From a virus: a stretch of DNA of 64,000 nt. Under the pieces are notes generated by a model. It was given only the letters and a program-made list of their open reading frames with translations. It was not told the origin of the DNA and searched no databases. The DNA is taken from IMG/VR virus record IMGVR_UViG_3300030106_006795, positions 16,746-80,745 of that record; one strand, written 5' to 3'. Of this stretch, positions 39,101 to 48,244 are shown one piece after another. Within the stretch, counting starts at the first letter, position 1. Every line of letters begins with the position of its first letter. A program made the translations under genes and the position numbers.

Positions 39101-39891
39101 ATTTTAGGCCAAAGTGGTTTTGGTAGATTGTGAAGTTTTGTAGGGGGATCGAATTCACTAACATCTGTAAGCACGTTAGTTGCTTCTACTTTCTTTTTTT
39201 GGCTTAAAGTTTTTCTTTCTGACCAAATATCCTTCCAGAAATTTTTATTTAAATTAGCCCTCCTTTGTATGTCTAAAAATCCAAGATGGATAACTTTTGG
39301 ATCATTGTCTGTAAATGCAATTTTACCAATGCATGGTATTAAATTACCTTTTTCATCAATTAGTTCACAAGTGTCGCTTTTCTCTGGATCAAAGTTCCCG
39401 TCATTTTTTAAGGCAAAATTCACTGGACCTCTAAAGGTATGTTCTCTTGTGTGCATATACCATTTATATCCCACATCTGCAAAGTGATCTAAATCTCCAT
39501 ACAGATTAATAGTTGGAAGCATAACGCTACAAGGAAAATCATGTTTGTTTATCTCTTTGGCTATCTGAATATACCCCTTTTTATCACCAGATAGACGCTC
39601 ATCAAGATCAACTTGGATAGCTACGTTATATCTGCATGACTGCAAGCTTGTGTTTTTTAGTTTACCATCCCAATATACATCTTCGGGTATGTCTAAATCC
39701 GCTGATACTAAAGTTATTTTTTCTGAATCAGAAAATTTGCTAGATGTTATTTTTTCTCTTACATCTTCTTCATCTTTTTTTAAAGTAGCTATAACTATCT
39801 CATCAGCATAGTAAAGCCAATTAGCAAAGCAATCATCTAAATCTACGTTAAAGTCTTTTAAATTAAACGCTGTTGTATAAAGAGAAATCAT
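39097..39891 (-). CDS. GT-A fold glycosyltransferase
   Basis: ADEIVIA, LKN.SL..C, QVDLDERL (DxD), IHLG. Confidence 0.7.
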   Translation of the reverse strand: MISLYTTAFNLKDFNVDLDDCFANWLYYADEIVIATLKKDEEDVREKITSSKFSDSEKITLVSADLDIPEDVYWDGKLKNTSLQSCRYNVAIQVDLDERLSGDKKGYIQIAKEINKHDFPCSVMLPTINLYGDLDHFADVGYKWYMHTREHTFRGPVNFALKNDGNFDPEKSDTCELIDEKGNLIPCIGKIAFTDNDPKVIHLGFLDIQRRANLNKNFWKDIWSERKTLSQKKKVEATNVLTDVSEFDPPTKLHNLPKPLWPKI

Positions 39892-40721
39892 ATTTTTTTA
39901 ATTAATGTAAAGTCATGTTTGTCAATTAGGTCTCTAGCATCCAAGAATTCATATCTATACCAATCATTTAGTATTTTTTCTGAATTTATACATTCTTTCA
40001 AGATTTCTGTTAGCTCATTTTCTATGCAATTTTTAACAGATTTTAAGCAGTGTGGATTAAATCCCAAATTAGAAATTTCTTGTAAAAACTTTGATCTTAC
40101 CAGATATCTTTCTTTTACAAAGTTTTGATTATTCTCAAAGTGCAATAGAAGGTGGTTGGTGGTTGGAAAGATATAATATTTCATTGCAGACATGAATATC
40201 GCAAATTTATCTCTAGCTTTATTCCTGACGTTAGAAAAAAAATAATCTTTCCAAAAATCCGATTGTGTAACTTCTATAGCTTTAGAAATTCCATTAATAC
40301 CCTCATGAGGGTTCCCTACAAATTTCGTTTCTTCTTTTAGTTTTGCTGCAAACCTTTTGCCATGTAAATATATACCATCTATGCCTTGTTTTTCAAATAA
40401 TGGTATCATTGTCTTTATTGAATCAACAAATTCTTTTGTAATCCTTTCATGGCAATCTATTGTAATAAACCAGTCACCAACTTTCATTGGACCTTGATAT
40501 AGACAATGATTTCTGCTATAGTCTAACCTATTGCACCATTTTGCATAAATGATTTCACCTTCTCCTTTTACAGTTTCTAAATATTCTGCCCCTTTATCTT
40601 TTGGATAATGAAAGGTCCAAATAAAGCCATGAAAGCAACTTTTTATTGGCTCTATTAATTCTTTTAGGTGTTCATGGTTTCCCTCATGAGTTACTCCTAT
40701 AAACCAAAGTTTTCTTTTCAT
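39888..40721 (-). CDS. Putative GT-A fold glycosyltransferase
   Basis: DYSRNHCL, WFITIDCHERI, FVGNPHE; cluster context. Confidence 0.6.
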   Translation of the reverse strand: MKRKLWFIGVTHEGNHEHLKELIEPIKSCFHGFIWTFHYPKDKGAEYLETVKGEGEIIYAKWCNRLDYSRNHCLYQGPMKVGDWFITIDCHERITKEFVDSIKTMIPLFEKQGIDGIYLHGKRFAAKLKEETKFVGNPHEGINGISKAIEVTQSDFWKDYFFSNVRNKARDKFAIFMSAMKYYIFPTTNHLLLHFENNQNFVKERYLVRSKFLQEISNLGFNPHCLKSVKNCIENELTEILKECINSEKILNDWYRYEFLDARDLIDKHDFTLIKKI

Positions 40722-41479
40722 CCTATGTGTTCTGAAAATATTTTTTTAGGGTTAAAGAAAGAAAAAGGGTATCGAGTGTCTGTTAGTTGCGTAAAAAGAT
40801 GCCCAGACATTATCTCGCAATGAATTTCATCTAGCTTGTTTAGATAATTTTGTGCGGCCTTCCATGTTATAAAAGCTTCATTCGTTCTAGTTATGTTGGG
40901 CTGAAACGTAAATGTTGGACCAAACTGAGTATAGTTGAGATCTTGACTGTAAATATTATGACAGTGTTTTATAAATTTTTCTGGTTTATGAAAATCTTGT
41001 CCTAAATTAAACCTAACGCATAATTTTTCTGGATTTTCATCTAAAAATTTAATTGATTGTTTTATCCCATTGGTCAAACTAATTACCCGAGAGCGTAGAA
41101 GATAGTCATCTTCAAGCCAAAGTGTATATTTTTGTTTTCTTACTTCTTTTTGTGAAAAAGCTTTATATACATCTTTGAAATATTCCGCAGCATGATTTTG
41201 AGCATCTTCGCTATGGTGTTGAACTTCTGCTTTAGTTTCTAGCACATTTATATTTTTGCTTTCACAAAAACTTTTAATTTTATCTGCCACATCTTCTTCT
41301 TCAGGTCTGGTTTTTAGATGTAATAATTTATTTTTAAAAATATCTGGATTAACTTGTTTAAACAATGAATTAATTGTTCTCTCATAGGTATAATCAGAAA
41401 CATAGCCCTCTGAATTATTCCCATGCCCATATTTGGGAATTGTGGTGCAAAAAATAATTAAGTTTAAAGGTAATTGCAT
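40718..41479 (-). CDS. Putative glycosyltransferase
   Basis: RTINSL, YTLWLEDDY, FTFQP, HIG C-terminus. Confidence 0.6.
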   Translation of the reverse strand: MQLPLNLIIFCTTIPKYGHGNNSEGYVSDYTYERTINSLFKQVNPDIFKNKLLHLKTRPEEEDVADKIKSFCESKNINVLETKAEVQHHSEDAQNHAAEYFKDVYKAFSQKEVRKQKYTLWLEDDYLLRSRVISLTNGIKQSIKFLDENPEKLCVRFNLGQDFHKPEKFIKHCHNIYSQDLNYTQFGPTFTFQPNITRTNEAFITWKAAQNYLNKLDEIHCEIMSGHLFTQLTDTRYPFSFFNPKKIFSEHIG

Positions 41480-42105
41480 TAGTCTAATAGTTGTTTAACT
41501 TTGAAAGATTCAACTTTTTCTAAACCTCTCTTGTGGCATGGGTAGTTTGAATGGAATGATAATAAAACATCTTCTTTAAAATACCACTTATTCTTTTGAC
41601 TTTCAAATAGTTTTAACAAACCAAGTTTTGTTGGATAGAAAGGGGTGATCTCTGAAAATAAGTTAGGAGTCCACTCGTCTAAAGTGCTTGGGGTTTTGTA
41701 TTCAACAATACTTAAGCGTTTGTTTCTTGTTAATGCAGGAGCTAAATTATTAACAATTTTGTGTTCAAAGTGAGAATCATCATAGGTGGGGACAAAGAGA
41801 CAGTCATATTTACTTTCGTCTAAAAATCTATTTTCAATTTCATCTACCCAGTAATCTTCGGCATGATTCTTGATAAAATCAAATCCAGCAAAAGATAAAG
41901 ACACATTATCAAATGTCTTCCAAACTTTTAAATTTTCAGACCACCTGTCTTCGTGTGTCGATTTATCAAAATCTCCACCTTTACTCATACAATAAATATC
42001 AAAATGGGTATCCTTATATTTATTAATAGAACCTAACATGCTATATTCCACATCATCTGGGTGTGGGGATAAACATAAAGCTTTATTAAATCCGAGAAAT
42101 TTCAT
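41479..42105 (-). CDS. PIG-L/LmbE-family de-N-acetylase
   Basis: SPHPDDVE, DSHFEH, K...L..FESQ. Confidence 0.88.
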   Translation of the reverse strand: MKFLGFNKALCLSPHPDDVEYSMLGSINKYKDTHFDIYCMSKGGDFDKSTHEDRWSENLKVWKTFDNVSLSFAGFDFIKNHAEDYWVDEIENRFLDESKYDCLFVPTYDDSHFEHKIVNNLAPALTRNKRLSIVEYKTPSTLDEWTPNLFSEITPFYPTKLGLLKLFESQKNKWYFKEDVLLSFHSNYPCHKRGLEKVESFKVKQLLD

Positions 42106-42980
42106 TCTTTTACAATTTCTTCAAAATATCTTGTTACTATAATTTCTTTAGCCTCTTTTGCTTCTGGTTTTTTATTTTGCAAAAGATCAAAATATATATC
42201 AGCACAGTTTACTCCAGCTAATGTAGAAATATATGTGCCTCCACCTAGTCTTGGATTACATTCTATCAAATAAGGTATACCAAATTGGTCCACTATAAAT
42301 TGCATACATGACGGGCCTTTAAGTTTAAGTTCTTTTACAACTTTTTCAACTTGTTCTGTTATAGCTTGATTTTTACAAACTCTTCCTACAACTGAAATTC
42401 CTGCTTTTGTAGAAACTCTTTCTCTTATAACATTAGAAATAATATTGCTTTCCATGTCGCAAAAGACATCAACTGTATATTCTATGCCTGAAATATACTC
42501 TTGTATCATGGTATCTCTAGAATTAGACACTTCAATACCTCTACTGCCACTGCCAGTAATTGGTTTTTTGATAAATGGACCCCTAATGCTCAGAGGCAAA
42601 TTTATATCTTTTTCTTTTAGATATTGATAAAATCTATGTTTTTGTTGGCACGTTTGAATGGTAAATGTGTCAGAACAAAATATCTGACAGCCGTTCATTT
42701 TGAATTTATCTTTATTCCAAGATAGTTTTACAAGATCATGCTCTCCTGTTGGTATGATTAAATCTATTTTTTTACTTACTACAATTTTAAGAAGTTTTAG
42801 TAGATATTCTTCATCTGAAGCCAAAGGAACAACAATCCCTTCGTCTGCTAAAAGATTACCAGCAGAAAGTTTATTAGCGTCTACAGCATAAACCTTTGCT
42901 TGATATTTTGATTTTTTAATACTTTTAATTAATCCTATGGCAGCAGGTCCACCAGATTCTGTAACTAATATATTAATCAT
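42102..42980 (-). CDS. ATP-grasp ligase
   Basis: KKP..GSGSRG, IQEYISGIEYTVD, IECNPRLGGG; likely start MINILVT at 42980. Confidence 0.88.
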   Translation of the reverse strand: MINILVTESGGPAAIGLIKSIKKSKYQAKVYAVDANKLSAGNLLADEGIVVPLASDEEYLLKLLKIVVSKKIDLIIPTGEHDLVKLSWNKDKFKMNGCQIFCSDTFTIQTCQQKHRFYQYLKEKDINLPLSIRGPFIKKPITGSGSRGIEVSNSRDTMIQEYISGIEYTVDVFCDMESNIISNVIRERVSTKAGISVVGRVCKNQAITEQVEKVVKELKLKGPSCMQFIVDQFGIPYLIECNPRLGGGTYISTLAGVNCADIYFDLLQNKKPEAKEAKEIIVTRYFEEIVKE

Positions 42981-42981
42981 A

Positions 42982-44526
42982 TTAACAAAAAATAAAATCT
43001 TCGATGACAACAGAGTCTATTTCTGTAGTGTCTAAAATTTCCAAAGCTGTTTTAGCTTTAGATAATATTGGTTTGCCGTTTACGTTAAAAGATGTATTAA
43101 GTAACACAGGAGTTTTGGAGAAGGCTTCCTGACTTAATAGGTCATATATAAACTGATTCTGTTCTCTGGTAACTGTCTGTAGTCTACAGGTTCCATCAAT
43201 GTGTGTTATAGACAGAAGATCTTTTTTATATTCTTCTCTCACCTTTGGGCAATAAACCATAAAATCACACTCTTGGTTTTCTTCTACATGAAAGAACTTA
43301 TGAGCGTCCTCTAGTCTACACATCCCCGCAAATGGTCTATACCACTCTCTCTTTTTTATCTTTGCGTTTAATGTATCTTTCATCTGAGGGAATATAGGAT
43401 CACACAATATGGATCTATTCCCCAATGCTCTAGGCCCAACCTCAGAGCCTCCTCTGCAAACACCAACTATCTTGCCAGATTTTATCTGCTCTGCTAAAGA
43501 AGCTAAATCAACAGTCGAAGCTTTTCTTTCTTCTGCAATTTTAGGTAATTCGTCAGAGTCCTCAATCCATAAACCAGAATATGTTATTGGTTTTGATTTG
43601 TAAAATTCATTAGTAATCAACCAGTTGCCATAAACTGCATAACCAAATGACAAACCACAGTCACTTGGGTTAGGAGGAATAAACAAGTTAACTCCTAAAT
43701 CTCTAATTTGTTGATTTATAAGAATATTCAAAGCGCAGCCGCCTGTTAGACAAAGCCTTTCTGGGAAGCCGTGTTTATCAAAAAACTCTAAAACTAATTC
43801 TTCTGAAGCTTTCTGTATAGTGGCGGCAAACGATGCTCCCATAGTTCCAGATAAGACCGCTTGACTGCTTGGTATGCCAATAATTTTAAAGAACTTTTGA
43901 TATTTTTCTGCTTTATGATCTATAAAGTAGACTTCCATAAACTCTTTCATTGCGGGAATCACCGCCTCTATAGGGGTTCCATACCCAGAGAAACCCATGA
44001 GTTTCCCCGCCAAAGCTAAATCTACTTTTGTTTTAGCAGAAACATCTAAAACATATTTAGATAAAACCTGATATCCCCAGCCAACATTTGTTTCTAGTTT
44101 GTCTATGATGGAGAATTGATTTTTATCAAAGCTATAAAAATTAAAACACCCATCATTGCCTGATCCGTCATAAGACAAAATACAACAATCATCAAAGTCT
44201 GATAATGAATAAGCTCCTATAGCGTGACCTAAATGGTGGTCACAAAAAACTAATCTAGAATAGTTTAATAAAGAAAAATCTAGATTCATTGTAGGCTCGT
44301 CCTTACTCAGAACCAGCATATCAAATTTGTTATCAACACCCCTTTGAGATAAGAGCTTTAATAGATCCCCTAAAACGCTATTACAACTTGCCTGATCAGT
44401 GGGAAATTTGTAATATCTTTCCTCATAAATTCTTTCTAGTTCAAAAACAATACAATCGTTCTTTTCTGTATCTAAAAAAGTTACATTAGAATCGTGACCA
44501 AGATGAATAGATAGTATTTTAGACAT
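42982..44526 (-). CDS. NodU/CmcH/TobZ-family O-carbamoyltransferase
   Basis: GHDS, ELER, HHLGHA, DGSG, GKLMG, GGCALN, SDCGLS.G, E.GPRALGNRS, KKREWYRPFA, HIDGTCRLQTV, LNTSFN. Confidence 0.93.
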   Translation of the reverse strand: MSKILSIHLGHDSNVTFLDTEKNDCIVFELERIYEERYYKFPTDQASCNSVLGDLLKLLSQRGVDNKFDMLVLSKDEPTMNLDFSLLNYSRLVFCDHHLGHAIGAYSLSDFDDCCILSYDGSGNDGCFNFYSFDKNQFSIIDKLETNVGWGYQVLSKYVLDVSAKTKVDLALAGKLMGFSGYGTPIEAVIPAMKEFMEVYFIDHKAEKYQKFFKIIGIPSSQAVLSGTMGASFAATIQKASEELVLEFFDKHGFPERLCLTGGCALNILINQQIRDLGVNLFIPPNPSDCGLSFGYAVYGNWLITNEFYKSKPITYSGLWIEDSDELPKIAEERKASTVDLASLAEQIKSGKIVGVCRGGSEVGPRALGNRSILCDPIFPQMKDTLNAKIKKREWYRPFAGMCRLEDAHKFFHVEENQECDFMVYCPKVREEYKKDLLSITHIDGTCRLQTVTREQNQFIYDLLSQEAFSKTPVLLNTSFNVNGKPILSKAKTALEILDTTEIDSVVIEDFIFC

Positions 44527-44600
44527 AAAACCTCTGGGCCTAGGGTGAGTAGACCCAGAGGTCTACTATGACCTCAAGGAAATAAATCCTCGACCTGTCC
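44527..44600 (-). promoter_or_regulatory. Structured 5' leader with mutually exclusive hairpins (attenuator/riboswitch-like, or a small RNA)
   Basis: Hairpins at 44574-44593 (7 bp), 44548-44567 (8 bp) and 44530-44562 (13 bp, followed by UUU-AUG). Confidence 0.55.
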
Positions 44601-44601
44601 T

Positions 44602-44630
44602 ATTGTAAGATCGCGACTATCTTATGTCAA
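44602..44630 (-). promoter_or_regulatory. sigma70-type promoter of the sugar-tailoring operon
   Basis: TTGACA-17 nt-TACAAT, overlapped by inverted repeat TAAGAT-N7-ATCTTA. Confidence 0.8.
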
Positions 44631-44744
44631 CTAATCTTCAATAATCTCTTCGCTGATTCTACCTAAAATATAGGCTAGGGTTTCATCAGCATAAAAATCA
44701 GGATCTTCGTTTTCCTCTTGTTTTTCTGTGTCTAGGTCAGTCAT
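44631..44744 (-). CDS. 37-aa highly acidic peptide (not in the ORF track)
   Basis: MTDLDTEKQEENEDPDFYADETLAYILGRISEEIIED; GTGTAG motif at 44757-44762. Confidence 0.55.
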   Translation of the reverse strand: MTDLDTEKQEENEDPDFYADETLAYILGRISEEIIED

Positions 44745-44782
44745 AGTGTAGATCTTCTACACACAAAAAATAACAAAGGGAA

Positions 44783-46429
44783 TTATCCTTCACATGAAGT
44801 GCAGTTTAATATAGATCTAGCTAATTCTTGACTAGGGTTAGCACTCCTCTGGTAGTAGAAGCTTTTTACACCCTGCTCCCAACCAAAGATTAGTAACTCA
44901 CTAACTTGCTTTGGAGGGCATTTGGGAGAAATCATAACATTTAAGCTTTGACCTTGGTCAATATACTTTTGTCTCTGAGCCGCCTGTATTACTATTTCCT
45001 TCTGGGAAATCTCTCCAAAAGTTTTAAATACGTCTTTTTCGTGATCTGAAAGAAACTCTAGGTGCTGAACCGATCCTCCTTTTACTAAAATCGACTTCCA
45101 AGTAGTCGCATTATTTTTACCCTTCTCTTCAAGAAGCTCTTCTAGGTGGGGATTTTTATATGTAAATTTGCCTTTCGCTAAATCCTTGGTAAAATAATTA
45201 CTATTTAATGGCTCTATAGAAGGAGAAACCTGACCAAGAATAAACGAACTAGATGTAGTCGGCGCAATCGCCATAGTGGTCATATTGCGTCTACCATAAC
45301 CGCGAAGATGTTCTGGTTCTCCAAACTCCTCTGCTAGTTTTGAAGTAGCCCTGTCGCAACGCTCTCTTATGATGTTGTGAATTTCTGCGTTTAAAAATTG
45401 CGCTTCAAGACCTTCAAACGCAATGCTTTTAGATTGTAATAATGAATGCCACCCCAAAACACCGAGACCTAAAGCTCTTTGTCTTTTAGCAAAGTTGTGG
45501 CAAGACTTCATAAAAGGAATGTTTTCTGTTTTATATATATATTCCTCCATAACTGCGTCAAGAAATTGAACAAGGGTTTCAACCGCATCAGTTTCTTTTA
45601 TTTCATCCCACCTGAGAAGATTTAAAGAAGACAAACAACAAACAAAAGATTCATCCTCTGATGAATGTAAAGCTATCTCACTGCAAAGATTAGAAGCATG
45701 AATTTTTAGTTTCTTATCCTTGTATGCTTGTGGAGCGTTGTTGTTAGCGTTGTCTGTAAAAAATATGTATGGGTATCCTGTTTCAAATCTTTTCTTTATT
45801 ACATTAGCCCAAACTTTTCTTTTATCTTTGTCTCCATCTACCATTGACTGCATCCATTTGTCATCAATGCAGACAGCAAAAGACATTTCTTGTATAGGAT
45901 TCCCTTCACTTCTAATTCTTAAAAATTCCTCAATATCAGGGTGATCTATGGGAAGATATGCTGCAAAAGATCCTCTTCTTACATGACCTTGAGAAACAAT
46001 AGATGCTACTTTATCAAATAGTTCCATGAAATAAACCGCTCCAGCAGAAACTCCTCCTACGCTAATAGGAATACCTCTAGCTCTCAAATCACCAAAATAA
46101 CCTGATGTTCCAGAGCCGTGTTTTGTTTGCATTCCAACCTCTGCTTGCTTATGAAGAATGGAATCCATTCTATCATCAACATAAACACCATTACAAGAAA
46201 TGGGTAATCCTCTATCTCTACCAAAGTTAGACCAAACAGGACTAGCTAGGGAGTAGAATCCCCTCTTCATGTAATCTTCAAATTTATCAGCAAAGCCACT
46301 TTGCCTGAGATATTTTTCAGCCGCCTCCGCGATGGATCTAATTCTCTTTTTGGCGCTTTCCCCTTTTTGTAAATAACCTCTCTCAAGGAATTGTTTAGAG
46401 TCTTCGTTTAACCAGTAATAATCTTTCAT
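44783..46429 (-). CDS. nrdA: Ribonucleotide reductase class Ia alpha subunit (short, no ATP cone)
   Basis: PISC, RRGSFA, SNLCSEI, CCLSS, IAPTTSSS, IDQGQSLN, YYQR, C-terminal CxxC. Confidence 0.95.
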   Translation of the reverse strand: MKDYYWLNEDSKQFLERGYLQKGESAKKRIRSIAEAAEKYLRQSGFADKFEDYMKRGFYSLASPVWSNFGRDRGLPISCNGVYVDDRMDSILHKQAEVGMQTKHGSGTSGYFGDLRARGIPISVGGVSAGAVYFMELFDKVASIVSQGHVRRGSFAAYLPIDHPDIEEFLRIRSEGNPIQEMSFAVCIDDKWMQSMVDGDKDKRKVWANVIKKRFETGYPYIFFTDNANNNAPQAYKDKKLKIHASNLCSEIALHSSEDESFVCCLSSLNLLRWDEIKETDAVETLVQFLDAVMEEYIYKTENIPFMKSCHNFAKRQRALGLGVLGWHSLLQSKSIAFEGLEAQFLNAEIHNIIRERCDRATSKLAEEFGEPEHLRGYGRRNMTTMAIAPTTSSSFILGQVSPSIEPLNSNYFTKDLAKGKFTYKNPHLEELLEEKGKNNATTWKSILVKGGSVQHLEFLSDHEKDVFKTFGEISQKEIVIQAAQRQKYIDQGQSLNVMISPKCPPKQVSELLIFGWEQGVKSFYYQRSANPSQELARSILNCTSCEG

Positions 46430-46430
46430 T

Positions 46431-47057
46431 TTATTTACTTATGTTTTCTACTAGCACCATTGGAATATGCTGTCCTTGAAATTTATCTTTTCTATAAAAA
46501 GATGTTTTAACTTTTAGTTTGTCTTTGAATTCCTCAAACCAAACCGTGGGAACCGATTTAAATCCACCTACAGGTTGGACCCAATCATCAACTAACCCAT
46601 ATTTAATATCAAGATCAAGCATTAGTTGGAAATCATTTCTAATTCCATCTTCCCAATGGTCTCCATCAATGTAGATCATGTCAAAAGATTGTCCTTCTAG
46701 ATCTGGTCTAACATCTTGAGATCTTTTTCTGATAAAGGTAAATCTATCTGAAAAATTTTCACATATTGTCTCAATTGCTTTTTCCTCTCCAGAAAAATCG
46801 GTTTGTCCTGTCATTTCTGTTGATACATTTTGAACAGGGTCCACAGAGGTTAGCTTAAGGTTTTCATCTAGAGACATCATGATGAAAGCACTACCACCTT
46901 TATAAAAACCTATTTCTAAAACATTTTTAGGCTTTATATAATTTAAGCACATCTCAAAGATCCAGCCATCATCGGCGGGAACTGAGCAGGAATCTAGGTT
47001 ATATTCTTCGTATTTTTTTTGTATCTCTTTAATATTAAAACAAGTCATCAGCGTCAA
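46431..47057 (-). CDS. Class I SAM-dependent methyltransferase (Methyltransf_24-like)
   Basis: VLEIGFYKGGS, SVDP, FDMIYIDGDH, VDD. Confidence 0.85.
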   Translation of the reverse strand: MTLMTCFNIKEIQKKYEEYNLDSCSVPADDGWIFEMCLNYIKPKNVLEIGFYKGGSAFIMMSLDENLKLTSVDPVQNVSTEMTGQTDFSGEEKAIETICENFSDRFTFIRKRSQDVRPDLEGQSFDMIYIDGDHWEDGIRNDFQLMLDLDIKYGLVDDWVQPVGGFKSVPTVWFEEFKDKLKVKTSFYRKDKFQGQHIPMVLVENISK

Positions 47058-48006
47058 ATGTTTGAGAGTTTTTTGCGTATTCTACAGGTCGCGTATGGAA
47101 AAAATCGGTAGCATTGTTTCCAAGTAACTCTTCTTCAAACCAGATTGTATTCACTAATAATTGTTTGTCAACATCAAATGCCTTCTTGAAGCCAATTTGT
47201 TCTAATGACTCGTTAATTCTATTCTTAATAAATTCTTTTAAAATAGGTGCGCTGATTCCTTTTTTGTTATATCCATTGATCATCCAGTCCACCATGTTTG
47301 ACTCAGCTTTAAATGCCGCTTTAGATTCCTCTAGAATCTTTTCTTCTAAACCTTCATCAAAAAGTTCTGGATGTTCCTCTCTAATTGTATTGATGATTTT
47401 AATTCCTGCTAAAGCATGAATATTCTCCTCATTCCTAGTATATTTTACCTGCTGACCAGTGTCCTTAAGAACATTCCTATACCTGTTAAACCAATTGATT
47501 ACATAAAACTGACTAAACAGTGAGACATTCTCTACAAAAAGAGTAAATAAAATAAGGGCATAAACATACTGTTTCTTTGAGTCCTTGTAGAAACGATGAT
47601 TATATTTTCTGAGGTAATTTACCCTACCTTCAATAAAATCTAATTTTAGGTTCTCCTCAAACACATCTTCTAGTCCTAGAACCTTTAGAAGTCTTTCATA
47701 AGCATTATTGTGGATAACCTCCACATTAGCCATAACATACCCAAGGTCTGTTAAACTTGGATGAGGCAAGTTGTCTCCAAGCTTGCTCCAAAATTTCTTT
47801 ACTGCAACTTCAATTTGCCCAATAGCAGAGAGAGTTCTTATAATCATCTCTCTCTCAGTGTCATTTAATTCTACGGTAAAATCTTGGACATCACTGGTAA
47901 AACTAAACTCTTTATCAGTCCAAAACCCGTTATGCATTGCCTCAATAAATTCCTGCGCCCACGGGTAGTGGTCTGGTTTCCTAGATACTTGTTCTTCAAA
48001 AATCAT
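47035..48006 (-). CDS. nrdB: Ribonucleotide reductase class Ia beta subunit
   Basis: FW...E, EVIHNNAY, ENVSLFSQF, EENIH, DFFH.RPVEY. Confidence 0.95.
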   Translation of the reverse strand: MIFEEQVSRKPDHYPWAQEFIEAMHNGFWTDKEFSFTSDVQDFTVELNDTEREMIIRTLSAIGQIEVAVKKFWSKLGDNLPHPSLTDLGYVMANVEVIHNNAYERLLKVLGLEDVFEENLKLDFIEGRVNYLRKYNHRFYKDSKKQYVYALILFTLFVENVSLFSQFYVINWFNRYRNVLKDTGQQVKYTRNEENIHALAGIKIINTIREEHPELFDEGLEEKILEESKAAFKAESNMVDWMINGYNKKGISAPILKEFIKNRINESLEQIGFKKAFDVDKQLLVNTIWFEEELLGNNATDFFHTRPVEYAKNSQTFDADDLF

Positions 48007-48015
48007 TTCGTAAAG

Positions 48016-48050
48016 TTACACATGTTAGGGGGTTGATAGAATTAGGTCAA
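48016..48050 (-). promoter_or_regulatory. Tandem sigma70 promoter and GTGTAA motif upstream of nrdB
   Basis: TTGACC-17 nt-TAACAT (48050-48022) immediately followed by GTGTAA (48021-48016). Confidence 0.55.
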
Positions 48051-48063
48051 AGTCTTTTTTTGT

Positions 48064-48197
48064 AAAAAAGAGCATCGCTCATTAAATTAATATGAACGTA
48101 TGGGTAACGTAAGGAATATTATTTTAATACGTATCCAATACGTTCGTATCCCATACGCTGACTTTTTGTAGATTAGACCTATTTTTTTAGGTGTCAA
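48064..48197 (-). other. Structured divergent intergenic element (candidate sRNA or replication origin)
   Basis: Promoter TTGACA-16 nt-TAATCT (48197-48170), inverted repeat CGTATGGG/CCCATACG (48097-48157), six TACG/CGTA cores, mini-hairpin GAGC-GAT-GCTC plus T6. Confidence 0.45.
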
Positions 48198-48244
48198 GAA
48201 AAAATTTAATTGATTTTTTGGGATTTTGGCATATAGTAGAAGAG

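Noticed and set aside
44527-48244. tRNA genes in the structured intergenic regions
   Set aside because: No cloverleaf with a T-loop GTTCRA and acceptor stem could be formed.
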